64,000 nucleotides of DNA from the human T2T-CHM13v2.0 reference genome, Homo sapiens (GCF_009914755.1 NC_060944.1), one strand, 5' to 3'; counted from the stretch's first letter, positions 1-15,265 are shown. Notes: generated by a model not told the origin, from the letters alone. Program-made: numbers and translations.

Positions 1-99
1 ATGAATTGGTTATTAATATTTTTTCAATCAGAAGTTAAGTGTATGTATCTATGTGTGTGTGTTTCTTTTCTTTTTTGTTTTTAATCAGTATCTGGCGTC

Positions 100-1600
100 A
101 CTATTGTTTCAGGTATCCCATGCATTTTCTCCCAGTGATAAACATTTAATAGTTCTTTTAATGAGGGACTGTGGGAGTCTGTCCCTCATTGATTGATTGA
201 TACTTAGTTTTTCAATGTCAGAAATTACTTTGCATTGAATCTTGGATGGCAGTTTATTTTACATGAGTATGAAATTTTAGGTCAACAGATATTTTCTGTG
301 AATATTTTGAAGGCACTCTTCCATTTTCTGTAGATGAGACATCTGCCATTAGATTTTGTGATAACTTTTAAATTTTACAACTTTAAAAAAATCCCTGATA
401 CTTTATGCTTTCACTATAGTGTCTAGATGTGGATTTATCTTTTTTGCTTTGTACTCAAAGGTGTTTTCATCTGAGGAATCATTTCCTCAATTTTGGCAGT
501 CTCTAGTATACCCTCTTCAAATATGGTTTTCTACTATTCTCTTTGCTTTCTTTTTTCGGAAACTTTATTTCTGCCCTATTACTTGTGTTTATCATTTTTT
601 CATATCGGTTTCCTATCAGCATTATCTCTTTCTGTATTATAATTTCTTACTCATTTTAATGAAATGATGTTTTTATTTCTTTAAACTTCTTAAATGTACT
701 TGTTTAGAATTCAAATAGACTGTTCCAGAAATTATTTTTCTGGTTATTGACTTTGTTGGTCACTTTTCTTAATATTAGAATTCTTCATATACTTTGGAAT
801 TTTGGTTTGGAGGCTCATTTTGAGTAGGCTGCTGCTTCTTCCTTTAAAAAAATTTTTTTTGGTGTTAATTTTTCCTCTGTTGCCCTTTGTATGCAATCCT
901 TCCACCAATCTTGCTTTTTCTAAAAAATGGCCTCTTCTCACTGAGAACCAGCTTTCTCTTCTCTCTACTCCTTCACCATGGAGTCTAGAGCCAAGTCATA
1001 GAGCATATTATCAGTTCCATGACTCACTTTTTTTCATGTTTTAAAATCTTTCAGATTGGGATACATCTATAATTCATGGATATATCATTTTAACTGGCAA
1101 TATTTTTTCTTAGTGGTACATAGCAATATTCTTCCTTAACAATTATTGGCATCCTAGATTTGATGACATAGGTAATATAATTTCAGATCATCTGTCTTGC
1201 AGTGAATTAGATATTGTTAATCTATTAGCTGAGCCAGTGGGCAGCTCTGTTCAGTTCCTGAGGCTGTGTTTGTGTTTTCCTGCCTCCCTGTGTTTACAGC
1301 TTCCTATCATGCCAGTGCCCTAGGTCAATCTGTTAGCAGAAGTTTTCCTCTGGCGAGTCCTTCTCCATCCCACCCAGTGTGGCCTCAGGGGTTATCTCTC
1401 CCATTACTCTGCAGAATGGAACTTCCCACTGCCCCTGCCAGGTCTGTGGTATCTACCCTGCCTCCTGTGCCCCTGCCAGTTCTGTGGTATCTACCCTGCC
1501 TCCTGCTTATTTCAGGTCCATTTCTGTCTCATGAAATGGTTATCTCAGTTTTGAAGTGTCTTAACACTGTAATATTTTGTGGATGGTTTTAAGGAAATTG
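100..1600 (-). mobile_element. Highly degraded ancient L1M fragments
   Basis: T-rich sequence with L1-antisense-like phrases (tgtagatgagacatctgcc, ttcactatagtgtctagatgtggattt); boundaries rough. Confidence 0.45.
1430..1505. repeat. 38-bp tandem duplication (2 copies, 1 mismatch)
   Basis: TGCCCCTGCCAG(G/T)TCTGTGGTATCTACCCTGCCTCCTG twice. Confidence 0.95.
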
Positions 1601-2254
1601 ATCATTGCCATAGGGATGCTTCAAAATAAGCACTTAACTGTATCATCTTGATGGGAGGTTCTTTGGTGCTTGTAGCAATTTCTTTTTTCTTTTCTTTTCT
1701 TTTTTTTTTTTTGTGGTGACGGAGTTTACAACTGGTGATTATACCTGACACTCTATTGTAATTGAGTCTATTGTCCCTTATTCTCAAGATTCAGATTTTT
1801 AATATCCATATTAAAATTCTTTTTGAAAATCCTCTAATTTTTAAAAATTTCCTGCTTTAGACAAATTTACTTTGTTATCATATCATTCTACCCTGTATAG
1901 GGTTAGAACAATAGCGATTCTTATTGGCCTCTTCTAGGTAGGAAAAATAACATAAAGCATTTGGACAATAAATTATCACTGAGGATGATCACAACTAAAA
2001 TATGTATATTTACATATGCTTTGGATGTTAAAATATCTCTACTCCCTACTTTGTATCTTTACAGCAATCATTATTATCTTAACTATATGTGTGAACAAAT
2101 TTTTATTTATTTTAAATTTAGTGATCTTATTAACTTCTTTAATGACAAAAATTATGGGTCTAATACAGATTTTCAACTTTAATTCTTTATGTTATATATG
2201 GCTTGGACTTTTATAGCTTACTCTCTTTAGTTAAATGACAGACACTTGTCTATC

Positions 2255-2532
2255 TTTGAACTTTACTTACAATAAGAAATACATTTTACATGATTTGAAG
2301 AACCCCAACATACATACACAATATGCATATGCACACAACATGCACGCACACATGCATTTACACAAATAATTGAAACCAAAGTATCACAAAATAATATGTA
2401 GCTTTGTAACATGTAATATACCTTGTTTTATTCAATTCTAGACAATTCATTGCATTCAGTTAAACATATTGGTTGTAAATCAGTAAGCTGATTTCAGGAT
2501 CCAGTAATGGGTTATTGCTTGAAAAACAGTGT
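2255..2532. mobile_element. hAT-Charlie-type non-autonomous MER fragment
   Basis: acaataagaaatacattttacat...tcacaaaataat...ctgatttcaggatccagtaatgggtt...gaaaaacagtg; the same family appears again at 56638-56840. Confidence 0.55.
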
Positions 2533-3145
2533 CTGTTGTATGAATGATAATTTTCATGAAAATCAATGTGCTTCATCTTCCCATTTGTATTCCTGGCACA
2601 GGAAATATTTAAATATATTAGTAGTATTACCTACAGACAAGACAAATTTTTTGATGTCCGTGAAAATGCTGAAAGGTATGACTATACATGAGAACAAGGT
2701 CATTATTTACCCTCCTTTCACAGAGGATAGCATAGTATCCATTTGATTGGAGATAAAAGATATTTTTAAAATGTAGTCCTTTAAAAGTCAAAATGATAAA
2801 AGTTAAATATTCTAGGTCTGTTATAATCTATAACCTGGGTTTAACTGGATCTAGAAGAGTAAATCTATGTATAGCTAATCATGATAATGACTGCTGTCAA
2901 AAATACAAATAAACCCAATAACTGAATTCAAGGAAATGGTACATGTCAAAGTTGGAAAAAGAAAAGCTGTGGTTAAAACATGGTTATTGTACAATTATTA
3001 GATGACTTATTTAAGAAACACCTCTTTTGTCAGGAGACCAGAAGATTATGTAGAACCCTGTCCCTTTATTAGACATTGTGGTCTGAGCTCTGGGTTTAGA
3101 TAGATGGGGAAGACTTTGAATTTATGATGTTATGTGTCAAAATTC

Positions 3146-3795
<650 letters not shown>

Positions 3796-5329
3796 TATGA
3801 ACATTTGTAAGGGTCTACCATTGCATGCTTTGCCCCTCATGATGTCTCAGGTACTCATTTCAGGATTCTAATTTGCAACCAGTTTTGTTTTATGGATAAT
3901 GTTCTTGTTGGAAATGCTTCCAAACTCAGGCTGAATGCAGAGTGTGTTACATAAGCACAGATTAAGGCCATGTCTGCAGGGAGATAATGCATTAGAATCC
4001 TGTAGAACCAGTGTTTTCATGTGTTCATTTGGTGTAGGCTTCCTTCCCCACTGCCATGGTGATATTTGATGAAACTAGTTGGTGGCTTAGTTACAGGAAT
4101 TACACCTGAAAATAAATCGCGAAAGTTCCCATATGAAGCACAAGTTTAGCCATATGTACTTACAATGATGATGGCAAAAATAGGTGAAAAACATTGTAGT
4201 TATATAATATTACCATATTTAGAAATGCTAGTGATGGTGGAGGGAGTAATAATGACATTATATAATAATGTATGTATAATCAGTGCAGAAAAATTTCCGC
4301 TATACTCCAAAAGAAACTAATGCTTTAATTTACATTTGGTTCTTATTTGTTCTCCCCTCCCCCCACAGTCTATCCTTTCAAAAAAAGATGCTAATGAGTA
4401 GTAAAGGAACCAGAGCTAAAAAAGGAGCTGTCCTCATCTGTAAATTCACCTTCCCCAAAGAGCTGCAAGTTGACTGTTTGCAGTTGCCAAAAAGCTGGGG
4501 CCCAGCAATAAAGTGCTCAGCCCCCACAGCAATCTCCTTCCTTCAGAGGCGGAACTGCTCATGATAAATACTTCTGCCTCCACAGAAGCCTCCTTGTTTT
4601 ACCTCCTCTCCGCTGTTGCCACCCCACTTGGTTCTCGAGGGCAGCAGGCAGAGTTGCCCAAGACTTATTGTGTGGCCACAAAGAGATGGCAGTCATGCCA
4701 GATGGCAGGTTTTCCTTGCTTCTACTTACCCAGACAAACAGACTTAAAGCAGTCTGGTGGTGAAACAAGAATTGTTGTGGCCATGAAGAAAAGTTCGTGT
4801 CAAAATGTATTCATTTCCTTTCATTTTCTTCCGAGACGCAGACAACTTTTTAAAAAAAATCTAGTATTTTGTTATAAGACTTTTAAGCAAATGTACTACT
4901 TTTATATGCATGTTTTGAATGCCTATGTAAAAATGTAATGGGCACATTGCTTACAGTACTCTGATGAGAGCACACCGTTTGTCTTTAAATAAACCTAGAT
5001 GTGATCTTTGGTTTGCATTTAGTTTCAATAAGCCAATTATTGGCAGATTTTTCACTGGGTGGGGCCGAAACGGCGGCTTATTCATTTTTTCTTAAGCATA
5101 GATACTCAAGGGGGTTAAGTAACTGCACACCACTGGCAAAGATTTGTAATCCTCAGTGCTAGTAAAGGTGAGGCACTTACCCCTTTAAGTGAGGAGAGAT
5201 GGCTTCCATTTAATTATTGCTCTGTGGCATTTCTGTGTAGGAAGTGGGAGGCACTGCAGATGCTCGGAGGAGTTGGGAGGCCCATGTGTTTCTGCACTAC
5301 CTGGTCTCTGTGCCCTCGCCTCCCTTCAG

Positions 5330-5925
5330 CCTGCCCTCTACATAGCAGCAGAGGATCCTGTGAAACACCAGTCAGATCCCATCACTCCTCGGCTCCAATG
5401 CTGGGGTATTGATCCAGGCCATCTTATGTAGAGGCAAAGCCCATGCCCTCAGGCCTTCCGATCTGACTCTTCTCTGTGCATGTGCATGCACACTCACATG
5501 TCCCCGCTCACAAACCCACTCACTTTCAACCTCACAGGACTTCTTCGAAGATGCCAGCCTCCTTTTCACAGCCTTTGTGTTTACTACTCCTGCTGCCTAC
5601 AATGCTCTTCCCCCAGATATTTGCAGCGTGTACTCCCTCTCTTTGGGCATCATTTTCTCTTTGAGGCTTTCCTTGACCACCCCATTTACTCTGTTAACTG
5701 CCCCCTCCCCAAAATTTTCTGTCTTGTTCTCTGCCTTATTCTTTTTCATCATACTCAAGTCATCATCTAATGGGCTAAATAGTTTCCTTTTTTTTTTTCT
5801 TTTTGGTCTGTCTCTATTCTAATGCAAGCTTCATGAAGACAGGGATTTTTACCTGGTTTATTCACTGCTATCCTCCATGCCTAAAATAATGTCTGGCACA
5901 TAATAGGTGCTCAGTAAATATTTAG
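5330..5925 (+). mobile_element. L2 3' fragment
   Basis: Ends gtctggcacataataggtgctcagtaaatattt, the L2 3' terminus motif. Confidence 0.65.
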
Positions 5926-6619
5926 AGAATTTGCCAGTAGTATGTTCTAGTAGCCCTTCACAATGGGCATCTGGCTCTTTAGACCTGATGGCTCATGTTA
6001 TCTTTCTTGCTATTTGACCTTGATATTGGTGACTGTGAGTCTGGTTCCTCCTCTAGTTGTAGTGCCTTGTGCTGCCTTAGACACACCTCCAGCATTGATA
6101 CAACTGTTGGCCACCTCACTATGGCCTACCCTGCCATCTGTCCTCCCACATTCCCTTATATCAGCAGGGTTCACTCTGGGTATGAATGGGACTCTTCTGT
6201 ATGCCAAGGTTAAGGTAGGACCCAAGGGTGTATATGATGCAGTCCTTCTGAGTCTTCAGGCCTGCTGTCCGCCAGAGGTCTACAGGGTTAAACTAGCCAC
6301 TGAGTCTCCCTAACAGCTGGCGGGTGACTGACTGGCAGAGTTTAGTATAGGTGGCCTAGAGGTGTGGCTGGGTTGGATGGACCATTGAAGCAACCTAGAA
6401 AGTGTGAGCCAGACATTGCCAGGCACCCTTAAGAAGTAGCCAAATGTGCTGTTTTCTGTGGACCTGCTCTTTGGACCAGCCTGCTGCCACCTTGCCATGG
6501 GAGGATTTGATGTGTGTGCCCTATGCTTTTGCAAGCAGCTTTGCTTTCCTCTGAAAGGCATCATCTCTGTTCACAAATGACATGACTTCGTTTCTTAGCT
6601 CAAGGCAAAATTTGCTCTT

Positions 6620-7066
6620 TGAGTTTGTTTCCTAGGGCTGTTGTAACAAACAACCACAAACTGGGTGGCTTTAAACAATAGATATTTATTGTCTCATGGG
6701 TCTGGATGCCAGAAGTCTGATATCAAGGTGTTGGCAGGGCCATGCTTTCTCTCTGAGGGCTCTAGGGGAGATCCTTCCTTGCCTCTTCTAGTTTTGGTGT
6801 TTGTTGGCAACCCTAGGCCTTCTTGGGTTTGTAAATGCATTGCAATCTTTGCCTCTGTCATTACACAGCTCTTCTCTCTGTGTCTCTGTCTTCTTCTCTT
6901 AGAAGAACAACAGTCATATTGGATTAAAGATCTACCCTAATGAGCTCATCTTAACCTGATTACAACTGCAAAGACTATTTCCAAATAAAGTCACATTCAC
7001 AGGTATTGGGAGTTAGGACTTATCCTAATATCTTTTGGATCTTATGATATCCAGTTCAGCCCACAA
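6620..7066 (-). mobile_element. MLT1 (ERVL-MaLR) solo LTR
   Basis: cctagggctgttgtaacaaac...cacaaactgggtggctt...agaagtctgatatcaaggtgttggcagggc...ccaaataaagtcacattcacagg. Confidence 0.9.
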
Positions 7067-9429
7067 TTAAACCCACAATGCTCTTCGTGAGAAAGAAGCA
7101 GCAGCCATGAAGAAAGCCTAGATATTTTTAAGGGTGGAGAGCGCTCTTGACCTTTCCTTTGACAGCCTTGAGCTTCCCTAAATACTGTTGTCCTCACTGA
7201 CTGGCTTGTCTTAGGAGTAGGGTTTTTGATCTTCAAACCTTGGAGTGCAGTTCAGTAAAGTGAGACAAGCATACCTTCTGTCTCTGAGGTCCAGGAGCAC
7301 TGGAAGAGTGGACAGATTAATTGTGAATAGAGAATGCCCTGAAAATACAGGAAGAACCACCCTCCTGCAGATGTAGCTCTGGTCCCTTGTGGGAGCCCCT
7401 GGACCTTCGGTGAGGCAGATCTGGAAGGCTACAGCAGGGGATGTAAAGAGCCCCTTCCTAGACCCGCTTCCTGGCCCATTATTCTGCCCTTCCAAATGTA
7501 TTCCAAGGGCTCCTCATTTTGATCATTGCTCAGTGGCATTGTTGTAGAGGAAGTAGGAGGGTGCTTGGTGGAGTTTGGGAGGCCCATGAATTTCTGCACT
7601 TGGAGAAATGTTAATGTTGAGCTTATATTTCTCTCCTTGCAGCACAGAAGACCATTACTAGGTCTGTGTGTAGAAGCCCAAGCAGTTAGAGGGGGCCTCT
7701 GCGAGGCTTGTGGGATTTTTCTGGCCAGAAGATGGGCCATGGTGGAGGAAGGCCATGTTAAATGGCTGTGATCCACTGCCTATAGGGAAGAGTACGCAAC
7801 ACACACCCAGGAGGGCTTAGGTAGCCGGAACTGTGGCGGCTCCATACCCCCAAAGTGAATTTTAAACTTGACTTATTTATGCCGTTCTCATAGCAACAGG
7901 AAAACTGTTCCGACCTATAGCCACGGAAGACTCTGTAAAAGAAACTGTAGGAGGAAAAAAAGATAATGCCAGGAAAAAAAAAAATTTAATGAAGTACCAT
8001 TCTTTCACTTATTCAGTCAACTGAGAATAACAGTTTGTGCATTTGGCAATCAAATGGGAAGTGGCATTTCGTGTTGCAACATGAACCTGCTCACATTAAG
8101 TGATTTATTTTTTTGTTTAGACACACTGTACTGAGAACTTTCTTCAAGTAGAAAGCTATTAAAAATGTGAGAACAAGCAGTCCTCACTAACCTGAAGCAT
8201 TTGGGGACTTAGAGGAATGATAAATGCAAACAGCCCAGAATCCAGAAACTGTCTTGAACATTTAAACTCTAGACTCTGGGAATGTGTGCATGTCTTCAGT
8301 TAGTCAGATGTAGATAATTTTTCTTTCTGTGAGGTCTCTTTTCACTTATATCTTGTCTGGACAGGGTGGAGCCCCTGCTTAAATTCTATTTCTAGCTTGA
8401 AGAAAGACTAAATTATTGTAGACCAAAGCCAGTGCTACTCGGAAAATGGAAAAGACATAGGAGACAGGGCATGTCTTCTTTAGCCCGACTGTGAACTTAG
8501 GGCCCCTCCTCTGGTGAGTGCTCCTGGGAGGTTGCACAAGGCTTATGTTCAGCTACTGGGCCAAGCTGAAGGAACGCCTCTCATCTCTCTCATGTTTGTA
8601 CTGAAGATCCGTGTTTGGTAACCATTTCATAGATCTTTTCTACCACTTGATCCTGGGCTTGTAGTTAATGCTGTGCTCAGCATATTTCTGTGTGATCTTG
8701 ATAAGAAATCTATTGGCCAAAGACCTTGTGAGCTATTTCTGTCCTCTGTCTCTCTCATCTTCTATTTAATATGTTTGTCTGTATTATATACGTATAAATA
8801 TAACCGAGTTGTATTACATTAATTCTTTTTTTTTTCAAAAATATATTAAAATTATTCCCCTTTTCTAACCTGCCCATTTATGAGCTCTTGCACGGTAACA
8901 TCTTGATTCCCATTTTGGCTGAGAAACTACATAAACTAGTTTATTGCATGCTGCTCCATTTTGTATTCATGGTTATGATATTGAAACTTCAGGACCACAC
9001 ACAGATAGCATAGTCTCTGGCCACTTAAGCATGTAAACAGTCTGGCTTTTTATAAAGTGGAAAAATATTTCTTGTGCACTATTTTAACATGATCAGCATG
9101 TTGAAACTTGGTGTGCAACTGTGTCAACATTTCTTTGGCTCTGAGGAGCAAACCCGGAGAACCTCATGGTAACATATAAAATGCAAAGCTGGTTTGTTTA
9201 CTACTGGGATTTAGGCAGCAATTAGAGTCTGTAGTTGACTTCCAAACTTGGGGTACAGAATAAGTGAAATAATTATTTTTGCATCGCGATTATGCTAGCT
9301 AAAATAATGATTCCTTTTCAGATGGCTAAGATTCTTTCAGGGAAGCAAAGGAAAATGGGTGGCTGGATTACAATGCAGTTTCTTTATTGAAAAACCCACA
9401 TTGGACCCAGCTTGACAGTGTTTTCTTTT

Positions 9430-10500
9430 GTTTCATAAATTTACTGAACACCTCAAATGTGTCAAATCCTTTTCTACATGCTAGGCATGTGAATTTAACA
9501 AGACAGACAGGCCTTATGTTGTTTGCTCAAACTCTCTGGCTCTCTTGAAGAGAAACAAACACTAAATAAGTAATCAGGTAAACAAGAAGATGTTTATGAT
9601 TGCTATGAAATTCAACATGAGATGTTTACCAAGGGCACTGTTGAGACCCTTAGGATGTGTCAGTGAACAAAACAAATGCACATTTTCTTCTCTTAGGGGT
9701 CTCACATTCTAGTACAGGAAACAGACCATAAACAATAACTGGAATAAAGACATAAATTGTAGAGCATGTTCATAAGCAGTCAGTACTATCCAACAGGAAA
9801 AAGCAGAACCAGGTGAAAGGTATCAGGAGGAGTGAGGCAGCAGGGGGTGTGGGAACGGACAGGCTGCAATTTTATTTTTATTTGTTTATTTTCCCGACTT
9901 TATTGGGATATGATTGACAAATAAAAATTGCATATATTTAAGGTGTACAATGTGATGATTTGATGAACTTACACATTGTGAAATGATTACTGCAATCTGG
10001 CTAATTAACACCTTCATCACCTCACATTTTGTGTGTGGTGGGGCGGTGAGAACACTTAAATTCTACTCTCTGGGCAAATCTCAAGTGAAGCTGCAATTTT
10101 AAATCAGGTGGCTGGGGAAGGCCTGCTTGAGAAGACTTGAAGAGATGAGGGAGTTAGCTCAGATGTGTCTCAGGGACAGTGTTCTAAGCCTATGGGAGGC
10201 CAGTGCCTTTGACAAGCAAGGAGGCAAGTGCCTTTTAATGAGGATATGCGATTTGAACTAAAACCCGGAAGATGTGAAGAACCCGTCATGTGTAGAGTTA
10301 GGTGGGAGTGCCCCAGGCAGAGGAACAGCAGGGCCAAAGACCAAGACAGGAGAGGAAGAGGCCACTATGACTGCCCCTTTAAAGTGGGGAGATGAGGTGG
10401 GAAAGGTGGGAAGAGATTGCTCAGGTAAGGTTGTATAGTCCACGGCAGGGGTTTGGGTTTTACTTTGTGTGAAATGAGTTGTGGAAGAGGAGACACCCTC
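9430..10500 (-). mobile_element. L2 fragments interrupted by an L1
   Basis: cataaatttactgaacacc..., cagtgaacaaaacaa..., ggaaggcctgcttgagaag..., purine-rich antisense L2 body. Confidence 0.6.
9875..10089 (-). mobile_element. L1MA-type 3' UTR end, 5'-truncated
   Basis: ttgacaaataaaaattgcatatatttaaggtgtacaatgtgatg...gagaacacttaaattctactctc; perfect 12-bp TSD gctgcaatttta (9863-9874, 10090-10101). Confidence 0.85.
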
Positions 10501-10920
10501 TTCTGATTGCCCATCTCATAAGAGTTCAGAGAGGAGAGGAAGAATGAACCCAGCATAAACTTACCCTGAGGACCAAAAACCTCATGAGGGTTGGGATTTG
10601 ATCTGCTGGTTTACCACTGCATCCTAGCAGTGCAACAAATACTAGGCCCAGGAAAGCAGTCAGTATTTGCAGGGATAGACACATGGATGCATGATTTAGT
10701 GACATACCTCCTGGGACAGAAGCCTATTATCTTTTATTTTTTGAGATATTTGGAAAATGCAAAGAAAAAAGAAGTCTCAAGAATAATATAACAGCACTTT
10801 ATGCCAACCACCCAGAATTTACAGCAGTTAACATTTTGGCATGTTTGCTTCCAGCCTTTTTTATTATTTCTCTGTGAATACTTAAAAGGCATACAAGGAG
10901 CAGAGGGATACAGTCTCCTT

Positions 10921-11010
10921 TATATATATATATATACATATATGTATATTTGAGATATATATACACATATGTGTATATTTGATATATATATACACACATT
11001 TGTGTGTGTA
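10921..11010. repeat. (TA)n / TA-CA compound microsatellite
   Basis: Visible TA runs with a ~28-30-bp higher-order unit. Confidence 0.9.
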
Positions 11011-12319
11011 CGTAAACATTAAACTTCTAATTACCATTCTTAGTTGCTTTCCCCATGCTAGAGGCGATCATGCCTAATAATTTATTAGCAGATCCTGTTT
11101 CTGGTTTGCATCTGGGGGAAGGGGAGGTAGAGAAGAGAGCCAGCCTTATATGAGAGGACACTTGGCAGGTTGTGGCCCAGTGCTCACCTGGCCGGAGTCA
11201 GCCAGTGTGTGTGCCCACAGCCCTGCCCTTGGAGCATCAGCCTACTTGGCGAGCACCTAGTTTGGGCTTAACACAGTGCTAGGCACAATGCCAATGCGGG
11301 CAGAGCCTAAGAGAGCCCAGCCCTGAAAATCCTTCTCTTTATAGCATTCCTGTAGCATGATTTGTCCTGGGTCAGTTTGTCCTTGCCCCTGTGATATCTT
11401 CAGCAAATGAGCTGCTCAACAGGGGTGACCCTTCCAGATAACTGAGGCTTATTCCTTTATTATATGAAACGCTTTTGATAGAAATGATCCTGAAGTATCT
11501 CACAGATTTACATTTCCCTGTCTTCTTAAATGAGGTCTATTAGCCTTTGATGTGGGTTGATCAGGATTGTTCTTTTCAACAACAGTTGCTATATCCATTC
11601 ATGCTCCCGGGGGCTGCTGGCAACTTGCTCCTACAGTACATGGCCCAGACTGCTTTGCAGAGTATGTTGCTTTAGAAACTCTTCTGCCTGCTTTTGCTAA
11701 CTTTACTGGTTCTCCTTCTCCGTGGGCTGGCAGCTATCCCTTCTTGCTGTTGTCAGTGAGCCTGCTTCTAACTCTGCTTCAGTTGCATTTCTCACTCTTT
11801 ATTTATGAGTTCCATCCGCTGGGGCCTGGGAAAGGAGATAGTCAAATTAAGTAAATTCTGGGTACAGCCAAAGACGACTCCCAGTGAGTGGCTCTCCACT
11901 GAGGGTTCCCTGCAGACCCTGGGGCCTAACTTGGGGTGTCTGTTAGACATCCCAGCCTGACATTTTGATACTGGCTGGCAGACACATTTGGATTTATGGC
12001 CTTCCCAAGAGAATCATGCTGAGGTCAGTGCTGCTATGTGAGGCTCTGTAAGCATTCCTTAGTAGCTCTGTGATGGGTTAATCTCCCTCCTCCCACTCCG
12101 AGTCAGGGTGTCACTCCCTTTCCCCTGTGATTCTACCCACAACGTCTGACCTAGTGCCAGGGGCACGGAGTCTCTTTTAACTGCCATGGTAGTTGGCATC
12201 AGGTTGTAATTCAGCATTAGGGTACTCTGACTGTGAAATTGTTGTTCCCGGGTCTTTCAATTATTTCTGTTATTCAATTATAAAGATAGTGGGGAACATG
12301 GAGATAATCTCATTCCAGC

Positions 12320-12390
12320 TTATAGTTTTGCAGTTGAAGAAACTAAAGCCCTGAATGGAAAATGACTGAGATCACCGAGTTGATAGTCAC
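12320..12390 (-). mobile_element. MIR core fragment
   Basis: ttttgcagttgaagaaactaaagcc resembles the antisense MIR core. Confidence 0.55.
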
Positions 12391-12712
12391 CAGCAGAGCA
12401 CCGTCCCCACTGTGGAACAGTGACCACCATGGGTGAAATTGCTCTGATTTTGGGCTGTAATTTATCTGAACCAGTAAGTTGGACAGCCTTGGCAACACTA
12501 TAAAGTAGAGGGTCGCTCTCCTGTACCTCATTTCCCAAGTGTGGTAGGATATCGCCTTGATACAGACCAGATTCTCTTCCTGTTAAAGAAAAGTAGTTTG
12601 CAGCTGATTCACTATGTGGACGAAGATCCATCCAGAAAGATGTTCATTGCAGCATTGTTTACAGTGGTGAAAAAATGGGGACAGTTGGTCCCGCATTGGG
12701 ATGATGAATACA

Positions 12713-12991
12713 TTTTTTTTTTTTTTTTAAGCCACAGAGTCTCACTTTCTTGCCCAGGCTGGAATGCAGTGGTGCGATCATAGCTCACTACAAAGCCCTG
12801 GCTCAAGCAGTCCTCCCCTTCGGCTTTCCCAGTATCTGGGACTACAGGTGTGTACCACCATGCCTAACTATTTTTTAATTTTAAAAATTTCTTTAGAGGC
12901 AGGGCCTTGCTTTGCTGCCCAGGCTGGCCTCAAACTTCTGCCTCGGCCTCCCAAATTGCTGGGATTACAGGTGTGAGCCACTGCACCAGCC
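12713..12991 (-). mobile_element. AluJ inserted in an old L1M fragment (~12620-13080)
   Basis: Antisense Alu with J diagnostics; TSD tgatgaata(c/a)atttt; flanks gatgttcattgcagcattgttt and gaatattatgcagctattaa are L1-like. Confidence 0.92.
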
Positions 12992-13477
12992 TGATGAATA
13001 AATTTTGACACAGCAATATAATAGAATATTATGCAGCTATTAACATTCTGTGTACAGAATTTTAAATAACAAGGTCATTGAAAAAGTCACTGGTCATTTT
13101 TGAGCCTAATGTTATAATATTAAGTCAAACAGGCAGAATTAAAAGGAAGAATAACAATATAATTTTAAATTTTTAAAATTTCCTTTTTAAAAGAAGAAAA
13201 TGGTCAAAGCATTTACTAGTCACTCTTCTTGATTGGTGAAGGGAAAGAGGCTGTGTGCCGTCCATGCACTGGATACTACATCTGTCATGTCTGTGACACT
13301 GCCATGTGGTTTTTACCCTTGATTTGTATTCAGACTGAACAAATGATCCCCAAGCCCTTAGGGTGCTAAAGAGTGCATGAGCCATACTCCTTGTGGCCAC
13401 ACACACCTTTCATCCTGGATAATGGGCAGCTGGGGCCACAGGCCCATTGTGCAGTCAAGTATCTTGCTTCCTGCTAG

Positions 13478-13918
<441 letters not shown>

Positions 13919-14654
13919 GGTGCCTGGCAAATTATTAATGGGCCCAGGGTGAATGGACGCAGCATGAATTGGGCACACTGTACCTTTGAAGGACCCTGCC
14001 AGCCAAAACCACTGGGCCTGTTGTTGGAGACAGGGCCGCTTCCCGGGTGACTTTATCAGAGAACCTGGCTTTGGTGCCGTGTTCTTGTCCCTCCATTTAC
14101 CTTTTTGGCAAAATGGAACCAAGTTGTGTCCTTATTCTGTTCTGAGTTGATGGTGGTCCTTTAAAACTTAAAAAGTTTGCAATATGTTGTTCTCATAATC
14201 TGCTGACACCTATTTACTCTCTGGTGTATCCTACATATTTCCCCGTTCTTAAGATGGGGCTGATGGTGTGCGTTCCCAAAGCTTTCTTCATCATAGTCTC
14301 AGATAAAAACACATGGCACTGGCAGTCTTAGTCAGATCCTCACTCTCCTGCAATCCCTTCTGAATCCTCCATGCCATGGGGCTCACACTGCCCTAGGGAT
14401 ACTGTCAGGGATGTTGAACTCCATGAGACTGTCTGTTCACCTGACTCCCAGGCAGACAGTAAGGCGATCAGGCTTTTCCTTAAGTTGAGCTGAAAGCTGA
14501 AATCTGCCTCCTTGAAACCTACCTCCAGCTGTTTTAATTTTGCCAGCAGAGTATGTCCAGCTCTTCACCAGTAACAGCAAGCACAAATGACTAATTTAAG
14601 AAAAGCAGTACAGCAGCTGGACGTGTTCCATCTTCTTTGATGCTCACCACCTCC

Positions 14655-14780
14655 CTGTGAGGAAAGTACTCTTACTACCCCAGCTTCGCAGATGACACTT
14701 GGAAAACGTAAGGACCCACAGTTAGGTGGCCAGACTGAGAGCAGAGTGCTGAGTCACCACACGGTGCTGACTCACCCTCT
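14655..14780 (-). mobile_element. MIR fragment
   Basis: ccctgtgagg...tactaccccagcttcgcagatg...aaggacccacagttagg. Confidence 0.5.
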
Positions 14781-15051
14781 TCACGTGACAGCCCTTCCTG
14801 TGTGTGGAGACCACAGTGGTTTTCTTCTTCTCTAGTAAATAGTTGAGTTCCTTTGACCATTCCATGTGTAATAATGTTCATTAAGTATGAAACTAAAATT
14901 TATTGAAATTTAACATGAAATTGTTGCATAGTAAAAACTCATGCCTATCATAAGAGAAGTAATTTGGTATTTTTTTCTTGTCAGATAATAGCATACAAAT
15001 GTGAGATTATGGGATTGGAAAGCAATGTCTCTGAGTTACTTGAGTCTAGAA

Positions 15052-15265
15052 CAGGGGTTGGCAAAATTTTTCTGTAAATAGCCAAATAATACATCCTTTA
15101 GACTTTGTGAGTGATAGAGTTTCTGTTGCATTAACTCATCTCTGCCATTATTGCACAAAAGCAGACATAGGCAATATGTAAACAAGTGAGCATGGCTGTG
15201 TTCTAGTAAAATGTTATTTGCAAAAACAGGCAACAGCTGGGTTTTGACCTTGGCTTATAATTTTC
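15052..15265. mobile_element. MER58A-like hAT-Charlie MITE
   Basis: caggggttggcaaa...tctgtaaa...gagcatggctgtgttctagtaaaa...tatttgcaaaaacaggc. Confidence 0.85.

Noticed and set aside
8068-8085. 18-bp near-palindrome TTCGTGTTGCAACATGAA, and the small hairpin at 45073-45111
   Set aside because: Short imperfect stems expected by chance; no supporting context.
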